Positions 7,129 to 15,931 of a stretch of DNA of 58,224 bases are shown one piece after another (position 1 is the stretch's first letter; each line of letters begins with the position of its first letter). The stretch is from contig JBCLLN010000005.1 of the NCBI GenBank assembly GCA_039738635.1, forward strand, positions 1-58,224, written 5' to 3'. The position numbers and the translations under genes are program-made. The stretch comes from Candidatus Saccharimonadia bacterium. GTDB taxonomy: Bacteria; Patescibacteriota; Saccharimonadia; CAILAD01; BJGX01. Below the pieces are notes generated by a model. That model was not told the origin of the DNA. It saw nothing but the letters and a program-made list of their open reading frames with translations, and made no database searches.

Positions 7129-7485
7129 TTAGCCCTGTGGTTGAGAAGAAAGTTTTAGTAAACTCTGATTGAGCGAGGTTGGTTCTGAGCCATTACAGAC
7201 CTCTGCTACAAGCACACTAATTTGGGTGGGACAGGCGTGAGTACCAGAGCAACACCTTGCGTTATGCAAGAATTGTCTGTAATTATTACTTCCCCCTTGC
7301 AAGCTTGCCTCTAAGATATCTAACCGCGCAAACTTGCTTTGCTTTTCTAATCTTTTCGACATCAAGCCTATCAAGCAGGGCTTCCCGTCCAAAACTCTTT
7401 TTAGAATTGAAACTTGCTGGGCAAATCTGCTCCTTCTAGGCTTTTGGTGAGATACTAGAATGCCAAAATTTGTACTTTGAGTCAA
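7129..7485 (-). CDS. unresolved transcription unit: hypothetical Cys-containing protein (or non-coding RNA)
   Basis: ORF with a TTG start and no convincing RBS or ATG, followed by its own clean terminator. Contains a CCSGTHACP motif and is divergent from the metal ATPase. Confidence 0.3.
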   Translation of the reverse strand: MTQSTNFGILVSHQKPRRSRFAQQVSILKRVLDGKPCLIGLMSKRLEKQSKFARLDILEASLQGGSNNYRQFLHNARCCSGTHACPTQISVLVAEVCNGSEPTSLNQSLLKLSSQPQG

Positions 7486-7534
7486 GAGTAAAATTAGGCT
7501 AGCTTAGTGATATTATTAGTATCATATAAGATGT

Positions 7535-9400
7535 ATGATAATGGTGATGCTTAAAAAAATAAGCTCTAATTTTAGATATTATAATTTTGCGCTAGTTTTA
7601 GCTGTACTGACTGGCTGTTTAGCTTTGGTGGTTGTTGGTCAGGCTAGGCTAGCCGAGATCGGAGTGATAGCAATTGCGCTTGTGGCCATTATTCCAGCTA
7701 TGCGCGATATGATTCGTACTTTAATGTCTGGGCAGGTAGGAATTGATGTTATTGCTATCGCTGCGATATTGGCATCACTACTGCTCAATCAATACGCCGC
7801 AGCTGCGGTTATTGTCATTATGCTAACTGGGGGAGAGGCGCTAGAGGATTTTGCCAAAAACAGAGCCAAGCAAGAGCTTGATAGCCTACTGAAACGAAAG
7901 CCAACTATAGCTCATATTATTATCCACTCCAAGCTTGAAGATAGGGCGGTCAATAGAGTTAAGGTGGGGGATGCAATCCTCGTTAAGCCAGGCGAGATGA
8001 TTCCAATGGACGGCAAGATATACAAAGGCAATACAGCAGTCGATGAGTCAGCCATAACGGGCGAAAGCTTGCCAGAAAATAAAAAGCCTGGCGAATCAGT
8101 ACTTTCTGGCTCAATTAACCTTGATGGCGTGATAGAACTCCATGTCGCACTTGTTAGTAAGGACAGTCAATACGAGCAAATAATTAAACTCGTAAGTGAA
8201 GCAACCACTAAGAAATCCCCATTAGTAAGGCTAGCTGATGTCTATAGCCTGCCTTTTACCATTATCACCTTTGGGCTGGCAACACTAGCCTGGGCAATTA
8301 GTGGGGATCCCTTGCGAGCTCTAGCAGTATTAGTGGTTGCCACGCCCTGCCCACTACTTATAGCTACCCCAGTCGCGATAGTCTCAGGCATGAGCCGAGC
8401 AGCTAGCCGTGGAATAATCATTAAGAGTGGTGGTGTCTTAGAACAGCTTAGTCGCCTTAAAGCAGTCGCCTTTGACAAGACCGGCACATTAACACAGGGC
8501 CGGCCAGTTGTTTCTAGCATCAATAACTGTGGCGTTACTAAGCACGAGCTTTTAAGGCTTACTGCTAGCGTTGAGCAGTTTTCTAATCATTCATTGGCTC
8601 AAGTAGTAGTTAGTGAAGCAAAAAGGCATAAGCTAGCGTTAATTAGAGTTAGTGGCTCCAGGGAGTATCCTGGCAAAGGGATTATGGCTCACCTCAGCAA
8701 AGAAAAAATAATCATTGGAAGCTTTGAGTTTTTAGGTGAGCAGGGCGTTAATTTATCAAGCCCTGTTTGTGTCGGCCATAGTGAACATAACAATACCTCG
8801 CTATATGTTGCCCTAGATAAAAAATACCTAGGCTCAATAAGCTTTGAAGATCCCCTGCGCACAGAAGCGCAGACAACCGTCCAAAAGCTTCGGCGCCTTG
8901 GTGTCAAAAAGTTTATAATACTAACAGGCGATAGGAAGCAAGTTGCGGAGAGTATCGCAAAAGAGCTAAATATCACTGCTATTCATGCTCAAATACTACC
9001 CGCCCAGAAGGTTAGCTTACTGCTAGACGAAAAAAAGCGTATTAGCCCAATTGCCATGGTGGGGGATGGTATTAACGATGCGCCTGTTTTGGCCGCTTCA
9101 GATGTGGGAATCGCTCTTGGAGCCAAGGGTTCCACGGCCGCCTCCGAGGCTGCCGATGCCGTCATTATGCATGATGATTTGGGAAGAGTCAGCGAGCTAG
9201 TGGCAATCTCTAAGCGCTCTGTAGTGATAGCCAAGCAGAGTATTTTTGCTGGGATTGGTTTAAGCTCTGTTCTAATGGTCTTTGCTGTGCTGGGCTTTAT
9301 TGCTCCTATTGCTGGGGCGTTTATGCAAGAGGCGATAGATGTGGTAGTAATATTAAACGCCCTTAGGGCCCGCTTTAGACCGAGGGGGATTAAGAGCTGA
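7535..9400 (+). CDS. heavy-metal-translocating P-type (P1B) ATPase lacking an N-terminal metal-binding domain
   Basis: Motifs TGES, TPCPLLIATP (CPx), DKTGTLT, GDGINDAP. Confidence 0.9.
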   Translation: MIMVMLKKISSNFRYYNFALVLAVLTGCLALVVVGQARLAEIGVIAIALVAIIPAMRDMIRTLMSGQVGIDVIAIAAILASLLLNQYAAAAVIVIMLTGGEALEDFAKNRAKQELDSLLKRKPTIAHIIIHSKLEDRAVNRVKVGDAILVKPGEMIPMDGKIYKGNTAVDESAITGESLPENKKPGESVLSGSINLDGVIELHVALVSKDSQYEQIIKLVSEATTKKSPLVRLADVYSLPFTIITFGLATLAWAISGDPLRALAVLVVATPCPLLIATPVAIVSGMSRAASRGIIIKSGGVLEQLSRLKAVAFDKTGTLTQGRPVVSSINNCGVTKHELLRLTASVEQFSNHSLAQVVVSEAKRHKLALIRVSGSREYPGKGIMAHLSKEKIIIGSFEFLGEQGVNLSSPVCVGHSEHNNTSLYVALDKKYLGSISFEDPLRTEAQTTVQKLRRLGVKKFIILTGDRKQVAESIAKELNITAIHAQILPAQKVSLLLDEKKRISPIAMVGDGINDAPVLAASDVGIALGAKGSTAASEAADAVIMHDDLGRVSELVAISKRSVVIAKQSIFAGIGLSSVLMVFAVLGFIAPIAGAFMQEAIDVVVILNALRARFRPRGIKS

Positions 9401-9445
9401 TGTATCTGCGGATATTTCTCCCTAAAGATAAAACAGTTTTCACTC

Positions 9446-9486
9446 GGCCAGATTCACCCTAGGAATGGGCGATTTTAAAGTAAGCC
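9446..9486. repeat. short MITE/REP-like element upstream of paralog 1
   Basis: ggccagattcaccctaggaatgggcgattttaaagtaagcc resembles 11608-11654 and, inverted, 17555-17587 and the end of the 48590 MITE. Confidence 0.6.
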
Positions 9487-9564
9487 ATAGTATAATAACG
9501 ATATATCAAGCATAATAACTATTATTAAAGACTGTAATATACTAACAAACCAAGGTTAGAACAA

Positions 9565-11583
9565 ATGCCAGAGCAGATTCCAGATCAAAACCCACAAGGC
9601 CCCTCCAGTCCTAGTTCTAGCCCTAGCCCTAGCAAAGAGGAGCTGGCTGGTGCTAGATTATTGCATACTAAATACTCAGATCTTCAAAAATCTCCTGTCG
9701 TAGAACACTCCGTCGAACAGCGGCGACACAATAAAGAAAGAATACCCAATGAACCTGCTCCAAGGATTGAAGCCTGGCTGCAAGACTTGGATCGTATCCA
9801 CACCGGCCGTGGAGCCAGCCCTGAACGCCAAGCTGCTCAGCCCGAAGTACTGGAACGCATCAAAGAAAGTTACCATCGCAACTACATCACAGGCACCGAT
9901 AACGATTCGGTGATGCGCAAACTCCGCCACGATGCCCAAATAGCCCAAAACCAAGGTCACGGTCTGGCCGCAGATATTATGCAACGCGTCAATGGCCAAG
10001 TTATTGAACAAACCCGCCAAACAATACACCAAGACCAAGCCAACAGCCTCGACAAATGGTTAGATTATCTCTCCAGCGACGATGCCAGCTATCCCATGTG
10101 GTTTAAATACTATGTATTTCGTAATATCACTAAGCTGGCTGAATTTGATAAAGAAAAAGGCGAATTCCCCAGACGATCTAAAAGCACCACGGCCCCATTC
10201 CCGGACATCAATCGTGAAGCCTTGGCATATATGGAAGACAGCCTAGCCAAACACTATGGCTTACAGCAGCTTGACCCCAACCACCCCGAAGCCGCAATAG
10301 ATCCAGCAATCAAAGAACTATTAGATAAAGACTCTAACTTTGCTAGCCTCTACAAGCGCACTATAGCTTATGCCGCCCCTAAAACTGCCGAAAACCTAGC
10401 TGTCACCGACGGACAATGGGTTAAATTCGACCAAACCAATGATACCGAGCAAGCAATGAAGCTCGCCCATAGCCTGCATGGCTATGGCACCGGCTGGTGT
10501 ACAGCTGGCGAGGGCATGGCCGCCAGTCAGCTAGCTGCCGGAGACTTCTACGTCTATTACACTAAAAGTGAAGACGGGCAGTACAGTGTACCGAGGGTGG
10601 CGATACGAATGAACGGTAGAAGTATTGGTGAAGTAAGGGGCATTGAAGCTGACCAAAACATGGAAGGCCCGCTCCTACCAATTGCGGAGGCCAAGATGAA
10701 CGAGGTAGACCCCCAGGGCGCCGAGGCTTACAAGAAGAAGTCGGCCGACATGCAAAAGCTGACAGCTATCTATACCCGCCACACTACTAGCGCAGAACTT
10801 ACTAATCAAGATCTCCGATTCCTCTACGAACTAGATGGCAGAATAGAAGGCTTTGGCTACGAGCGAGACCCTAGAATAGAGCAGATCCTTGCTGATAGAA
10901 ATGATAAGGCTGATTTATCTCTGGCGCTGGGCATAGATGAAGCTAAAATAAGTATAACCATAGCAGAGGCCTTAAGTGGTGACATACTCTACCATTATGG
11001 TGACCTCGACCTCCACATCCTCACCAGCGCCCATGGCCCAACCCTCTCCACCATCGGTGGCGACCTCACCCTCCCCAGCCTCACCAGCGCCGAGGGCCTA
11101 ATAACCCTACCCACCACCATCGGTGGCTCCCTCAGCCTCAATAACCTCACCAGCGCCCATGGCCTAACCCTCCCCACCACCATCGGTGGCGACCTCAACC
11201 TCAGCAGCCTCACCAGCGCCAAGGACCTAATCCTCCCCACCACCATCGGTGGCTACCTCGACCTCAATAGCCTCACCAGCGCCAAGGACCTAATCCTCCC
11301 CACCACCATCGGTGGCGGCCTCGGCCTCAGTAGCCTCCCCAGCGCCAAGGACCTAATCCTCCCCACCACCATCAGTGGCGACCTCAACCTCGATAGCCTC
11401 CCCAGCGCCAAGGACCTAATCCTCCCCACCACCATCGGTGGCGGCCTCGTCCTCCACAGCCTCACCAGCGCCAAGGACCTCACCCTACCCACCACCATCG
11501 GTGGCTACCTCGACCTCGGTAGCCTCCCCAGCGCCGAAAGAGATGCCCTCTGCGCTAAATACCCTGATATATATATCATCTAG
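9565..11583 (+). CDS. large repeat protein, paralog 1: conserved N/central domain + nine 20-aa LRR-like repeats
   Basis: 672 aa, collinear with 17705-19654. Central motif HGYGTGWCTAGEGMAASQL..GDFYVYY..PRVAIRM.GRSIGEVRGIEADQN; C-terminal LTSA(K/E)(D/G)L(I/T)LPTTIGG.L.L repeats. No signal peptide seen. Confidence 0.85.
   Translation: MPEQIPDQNPQGPSSPSSSPSPSKEELAGARLLHTKYSDLQKSPVVEHSVEQRRHNKERIPNEPAPRIEAWLQDLDRIHTGRGASPERQAAQPEVLERIKESYHRNYITGTDNDSVMRKLRHDAQIAQNQGHGLAADIMQRVNGQVIEQTRQTIHQDQANSLDKWLDYLSSDDASYPMWFKYYVFRNITKLAEFDKEKGEFPRRSKSTTAPFPDINREALAYMEDSLAKHYGLQQLDPNHPEAAIDPAIKELLDKDSNFASLYKRTIAYAAPKTAENLAVTDGQWVKFDQTNDTEQAMKLAHSLHGYGTGWCTAGEGMAASQLAAGDFYVYYTKSEDGQYSVPRVAIRMNGRSIGEVRGIEADQNMEGPLLPIAEAKMNEVDPQGAEAYKKKSADMQKLTAIYTRHTTSAELTNQDLRFLYELDGRIEGFGYERDPRIEQILADRNDKADLSLALGIDEAKISITIAEALSGDILYHYGDLDLHILTSAHGPTLSTIGGDLTLPSLTSAEGLITLPTTIGGSLSLNNLTSAHGLTLPTTIGGDLNLSSLTSAKDLILPTTIGGYLDLNSLTSAKDLILPTTIGGGLGLSSLPSAKDLILPTTISGDLNLDSLPSAKDLILPTTIGGGLVLHSLTSAKDLTLPTTIGGYLDLGSLPSAERDALCAKYPDIYII
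10999..11538 (+). repeat. 9 x 60-bp in-frame tandem repeat array (C-rich strand)
   Basis: Period 60 nt, visible as repeated ctcaccagcgccaaggacctaatcctccccaccaccatcggtgg units. Confidence 0.9.
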
Positions 11584-11607
11584 TTAACAAAATATCTTTA
11601 GGCTAAT

Positions 11608-11654
11608 TTACTGGATTTACCCTAGGAATGAGTGATTTTGCATAAGTCCAGTTA
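11608..11654. repeat. short MITE/REP-like hairpin element downstream of paralog 1
   Basis: ttactggattta...taagtccagtta arms are complementary at 10/12 positions. The core matches the TIR region of the 48590 MITE. Confidence 0.6.
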
Positions 11655-11702
11655 GGTCCAATTAAGTTGCAGGATTCTTTGATTTACTAGATACTAATAA
11701 GT

Positions 11703-12971
11703 ATGAAAACATCACAGCTTTTTACTAAGACCACTAAAAGCGTTTCGGCCCAGACGGAGTCTATTAATGCTAAATTGCTCACTAGGGCGGGCTATATCTA
11801 CCAGGAGATGGCTGGTGTATACGCCTATCTTCCATTAGGGCTAAGGGTAATTAAAAAAATTGAAGCAATCATCAGGAGCGAGATGGATAAGATTGGACAG
11901 GAAATATTATTACCATCACTCTCTAGCAGGGACCGCTGGCATGCTACCGAGCGTCACGATAGTCTTGATGTTTTAATGAGCACTAAGGCAGCCAATGAAT
12001 TGGCACTTGTAAAACATAGCGCAGAGTATATTCTTAATCCCACCCACGAAGATATTATTACTCCGCTGGCTAAACATTTTCGCACTAGCTATAAGGACTT
12101 TCCTTACGCTATGTATCAATTCCAGACAAAGTTTCGTAATGAGCCTAGAGCAAAGTCTGGCTTAATGCGCTGTCGGGAGTTTATTATGAAAGACCTCTAT
12201 AGCTTTCATACCACAGAGGCTAGCTTGAACGAATTCTATGAAATAGCTAAAGAACACTATTTCGCTATCTATCAGCGGCTGGGCTTAGGAGATAAGACCT
12301 TTATTACAGTTGCCTCTGGTGGTGATTTTACCACCAATTACTCCCATGAGTTCCAAACAGTTCTTAGCAGTGGCGAGGATGATATATATTTAGATAGAAA
12401 AAACAAAATAGCCTATAACAAAGAGGTAGTAACTCCAGCCGATGCCAAAAAGCTAGGTGTGGATTTTGATAAGCTCGAGAAGGTTAGTGCTAGTGAGGTA
12501 GGTAATATATTCCCACTTGGCACTAAATTCTCCAAGCTACTTGACTATAAATATGCCAGCAAGGACAACAAGCAAGCTTTAGTATGGATGGGGAGTTATG
12601 GTATTGGTGTATCACGGCTAATGGGCGTGATGGCCGAGCTCTTTAGTGATGATAAGGGTTTGATGTGGCCAGAAGCTGTGGCACCATTTAGCTTTCATAT
12701 AGTGGCATTACCAGACGATAAGAATATGGAGGTTGCTGTTAAAATTTACCATGAGCTTGGTGAGGATAATTGTCTATATGACGATAGACCAGCTGCCAGC
12801 ACCGGAGAGAAATTCAGCGACGCTGATTTGATAGGCTGCCCGATACAAATCATTGTTAGCCGAAAAACCCTAGAGCAAAATAGCGTAGAGGTTATTAGTA
12901 GATCTGGTAAATTTGAGAGTTATATGTGTAGTATTGATGATGCCAGCTCAATATTAAAAAATCTTTCATAA
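11703..12971 (+). CDS. proS: prolyl-tRNA synthetase, short bacterial-type form without INS editing domain
   Basis: Class II motifs (FRNEPRAKSGLMRCREFIMKD, GIGVSRL). Only 422 aa, with no insertion between motifs 2 and 3. Confidence 0.9.
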   Translation: MKTSQLFTKTTKSVSAQTESINAKLLTRAGYIYQEMAGVYAYLPLGLRVIKKIEAIIRSEMDKIGQEILLPSLSSRDRWHATERHDSLDVLMSTKAANELALVKHSAEYILNPTHEDIITPLAKHFRTSYKDFPYAMYQFQTKFRNEPRAKSGLMRCREFIMKDLYSFHTTEASLNEFYEIAKEHYFAIYQRLGLGDKTFITVASGGDFTTNYSHEFQTVLSSGEDDIYLDRKNKIAYNKEVVTPADAKKLGVDFDKLEKVSASEVGNIFPLGTKFSKLLDYKYASKDNKQALVWMGSYGIGVSRLMGVMAELFSDDKGLMWPEAVAPFSFHIVALPDDKNMEVAVKIYHELGEDNCLYDDRPAASTGEKFSDADLIGCPIQIIVSRKTLEQNSVEVISRSGKFESYMCSIDDASSILKNLS

Positions 12972-13004
12972 ATCCAGTATAGCCACAAGCATGTTAAGTA
13001 TTTT

Positions 13005-14099
13005 TTAGTCTTTGAATTTGACGGTTACTACTTCTGGTTCCAGAAATATCCCAAATTTATTTTGGGCTAGTTGTTGTATTGTACCTACTAATCTATTGAG
13101 GTCTTTTTGGCTAGCCCCACCAACATTTTCTAATACTAGTGAATGGTTAGGGTCAATTCTAACTTTTTCGAAGTCTTTGGGCTGAATATTTAATAATTCT
13201 ATCAACCACCCTGCAGCAATTTTATATTTATTTTTATTAAGTGGTATTATTTTGGTATCATCGGGGTAAGCCTTGACATTGGGATATGCCAACATTAGCT
13301 GCTCGGCCTTTTGCCTAGATACTATTGGGTTTTTGAAAAACGATCCGGCATTGGGTGCTACAGATGGATCTACGAATTTCTTGCTTCTTATCTCTAATAC
13401 AGCCGAGCGTATCTGAGTAAGGCTTGGATTAGTAATGGATCTCTTTTCAAAATAATTTATTACATCCTTATAGCTAGGGATCGTGGGGGGCTTTTTGGAT
13501 AGCTTAAATATTACATTGGTAATTATATAGCGCCCCTTTTGAGATGATCTAAAAATACTATCTCTGTATTTGAGCTTACAATCCTTCGTGGTTAGGCTAG
13601 CTAGTGCTAGAGTGCTAGTATCAAAAACCCCTACCGATAACAGGGTGTCCTTAAGCTCTTGTCCGTAGGCGCCAATATTTTGTACCGGCGCTGCCCCTGT
13701 CGTACCGGCTATTCCAGATAATGCCTCTACTCCTGCCAGCCCCATATCTATCATCCTGCTGACAACCCTATCCCAGTTCTCGCCAGAACCAACACTAATA
13801 CATGTTTCATTCTGGTTACTAGAGACAATCTTGAAGCCCTTAATATTTATTTTAATAACTAGGCCCAGGTATAGCCCATCATCAAAAATGGTATTACTAC
13901 CACCGCTAAGTATTATATGTTCTAAATCATTATCCTTGAGCCACATAAAAATTTCTGGTAATTGGCTCTTATTAGTAACCTTCACAAAGTATTTAGCTCT
14001 ACCCCCAATCTTAAAGGTAGTTAGCTCGGAAAGGCTAACATTATTTTGCAACTTAAAATTCATAATAATTAATCTTACCGTATTATTTGCAAGTATCAT
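13005..14099 (-). CDS. murB: UDP-N-acetylenolpyruvoylglucosamine reductase
   Basis: FAD-binding TTFKIGGRAKYF and the MurB C-terminal domain. An alternative start is at 14063 (MNFKLQ). Confidence 0.9.
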   Translation of the reverse strand: MILANNTVRLIIMNFKLQNNVSLSELTTFKIGGRAKYFVKVTNKSQLPEIFMWLKDNDLEHIILSGGSNTIFDDGLYLGLVIKINIKGFKIVSSNQNETCISVGSGENWDRVVSRMIDMGLAGVEALSGIAGTTGAAPVQNIGAYGQELKDTLLSVGVFDTSTLALASLTTKDCKLKYRDSIFRSSQKGRYIITNVIFKLSKKPPTIPSYKDVINYFEKRSITNPSLTQIRSAVLEIRSKKFVDPSVAPNAGSFFKNPIVSRQKAEQLMLAYPNVKAYPDDTKIIPLNKNKYKIAAGWLIELLNIQPKDFEKVRIDPNHSLVLENVGGASQKDLNRLVGTIQQLAQNKFGIFLEPEVVTVKFKD

Positions 14100-14178
14100 A
14101 GTCTTGTAGTGAGCTGTAGGACTGTATTATAATGAGCTTAAAGAGCTGAATTGTTAATAAAAGTTAGGAGTAAGGCCA

Positions 14179-14505
14179 ATGAAGGATTTAGCAAGTAGAG
14201 TTTGTTCTGTATGCGAAGGGGGAACACCACCATTGACGCATTCCCAGATTGTCAAGTATAACGACCAGGTCAGTGAGCAGTGGGAAGTACTTAAAGACTA
14301 TAGTATCAAAAGAAAGTTTAGATTTAAGGACTTTAAGGAGGCGATGGTGTTTGTTAATAAGGTTGCCGATATCGCTAACCATGAAGATCACCACCCAGAT
14401 ATTTATATTTTTTATAATATCGTTGATATTGAGCTATACACGCATGCCGTAAAAGGCCTTAGTGAGAATGATTTTATCATGGCCGCCAAGATAGATAAGC
14501 TGTGA
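14179..14505 (+). CDS. 4a-hydroxytetrahydrobiopterin (pterin-4-alpha-carbinolamine) dehydratase
   Basis: HEDHHPDI motif, ~100-aa size, SD aggag. Confidence 0.85.
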   Translation: MKDLASRVCSVCEGGTPPLTHSQIVKYNDQVSEQWEVLKDYSIKRKFRFKDFKEAMVFVNKVADIANHEDHHPDIYIFYNIVDIELYTHAVKGLSENDFIMAAKIDKL

Positions 14506-14594
14506 TCATTTTCTAGACTATTGCTAATCAGCCAGCTAAGATAGCTTCTTTGCTTCCTATTCCCTCAATCCAGTCCTCTTCCAGCTATTGTTAT

Positions 14595-14759
14595 ATGAAT
14601 AATGACTTACCAGAAGTGGTAAACATATTAAAAGTATACTCAAATACTCTACGTAACTGGGACAAGGACGGTTCACTCAAAGCTATACGCATAGGTGAAC
14701 GCAATATACGCTGGTGGAAGAAATCGGACATTATAAAGCTCTTAGAGCTAGGCGAGTAA
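14595..14759 (+). CDS. small helix-turn-helix protein (excisionase/MerR-like HTH)
   Basis: VNILKVYSNTLRNWDKDGSLKAIRIGERNIRWWKKSDI resembles the HTH_17/excisionase family. Start chosen at the internal ATG. Confidence 0.45.
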   Translation: MNNDLPEVVNILKVYSNTLRNWDKDGSLKAIRIGERNIRWWKKSDIIKLLELGE

Positions 14760-14773
14760 TTATTACTAAAATA

Positions 14774-14803
14774 AAAACCACCCTTTTTATGGGTGGTTTT
14801 TAT
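14774..14803. terminator. bidirectional intrinsic terminator
   Basis: aaaaaccaccc tttttat gggtggttttt lies between convergent genes. Confidence 0.75.
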
Positions 14804-14823
14804 TGGAAATACCTTGAGTACTA

Positions 14824-15468
14824 TTATTTAGTAACTTCAAGAATCTTGAATGTAGCAGTCTTCAACGCCTCTAACTTGCCTGACTCAACATATTTAAAAG
14901 CTTTTTCTGACACGCTTTGTCCAGGTTTTAAGTCTGAGACATACACTGTATCATCAGCTATACGGGTACCATCAGCACCTACCGCTTCAATCTTTACGGT
15001 GTAGCTAGCCTTTTCTGATGACTTATTCTTGATAGTTACTGGTAATTCAGTAGTGTCGTCGTAATTAAAACCCGCTTCCGCACCAGGATTAAATACGAAC
15101 TCACCAAGCGTAACATCTACGCTAGTCTTTAACAGCTTATCTGTATTGGTGCCGTCAAAGTCATTGACCGTCTCTGTTACTGAGTTGCTAACCTTATCCG
15201 CAACTTTACCGTAAAATGATTGAGTTGCTAGGACTACGACGCCAGTAAGAATGGAGAGGATTATGGTTGCAATAGCCAAACCCTGACCGACTTTTTTGCC
15301 TTTTTTTATCGCTATGAAACCGATAATACCAAAGATCAACGAAATGATAGCAAAGAAAAAGGACACATTATTCAAAATTGGCACCCATGATCCTAGTATG
15401 GCTAGTATCGCTATTATGAAGCCCGCTATCGCAAGTCCCGATGTACGTTCTGTTTTGTCTTTACTCAC
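14824..15468 (-). CDS. membrane protein: N-terminal TM bundle + C-terminal extracellular beta-rich domain
   Basis: Three hydrophobic segments (DUF4190-like) followed by a soluble domain. Confidence 0.6.
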   Translation of the reverse strand: MSKDKTERTSGLAIAGFIIAILAILGSWVPILNNVSFFFAIISLIFGIIGFIAIKKGKKVGQGLAIATIILSILTGVVVLATQSFYGKVADKVSNSVTETVNDFDGTNTDKLLKTSVDVTLGEFVFNPGAEAGFNYDDTTELPVTIKNKSSEKASYTVKIEAVGADGTRIADDTVYVSDLKPGQSVSEKAFKYVESGKLEALKTATFKILEVTK

Positions 15469-15621
15469 AACAATCTCCTTTTTAGTTTATTCGTATTTAT
15501 ATACGATTGCTCATTTCTATAGCTTAGGTGTAAAAACAAACCTCCGTTGAATTGAAAAATATATACGAGGTTATTATAACATGACAATCCGTTAAATAAT
15601 ATCTTTTTTATTTTATTACTT

Positions 15622-15931
15622 TAAGGAATCGGTCCAGCCGAGCTGGACTTGGCTGAAAATAACCAGAAGTTAAGAACCTATTTGATCTTTAAAGATTGTT
15701 TAGATAGTCGGAGAGCTTCAATCACAGCTTGGGCCCTAGAAAATATCCCCCCGACATCGAACATCAGAAAATGAGTAGCTGCTTTAAGCTCCTTATTATG
15801 AAGTTGTCTAAAGCTTGATGCGATAGCAATAAAGCGAGTTCTTCATAAATAAGGAAGTAATACAGCTATGAATGCTTATAGATGTGAGCCAAGTCGGGCA
15901 GTTTTATATTACTTTTGCTGTCAAAAGTAAT
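15622..15931. repeat. conserved ~300-nt ORF-free element, copy 2
   Basis: Aligns with 5812-6105. Carries a ~15-nt larger variable block containing extra palindromes (agct, gggccc) and ends in the same acttttgctgtcaaaagt hairpin. Confidence 0.7.

Noticed and set aside
7129-7485. RNase P RNA, tmRNA or SRP RNA in the unassigned 7.1-7.5 kb unit
   Set aside because: I looked for GGAAAGUCC-type, tRNA-like CCA-end/tag-ORF and GGAA/AGCA SRP motifs on both strands and found none. It remains unassigned rather than called.
10995-11498. Minus-strand ORFs (MVVGR.RSLALVRLLR...) at 10995-11246 and 11253-11498, and likewise 19141-19377
   Set aside because: They are antisense read-through of the 60-bp tandem arrays. 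They have the same periodicity, no start context, and lie wholly inside well-supported plus-strand genes.
10999-11538. CRISPR array interpretation of the regular repeats (60-bp arrays at 10999 and 19127; 166-bp units at 46467)
   Set aside because: There is no alternation of a constant repeat with unique spacers. The 60-bp arrays are in-frame coding repeats, and the 166-bp units are whole-unit duplications that include a tRNA end. No cas genes are present.
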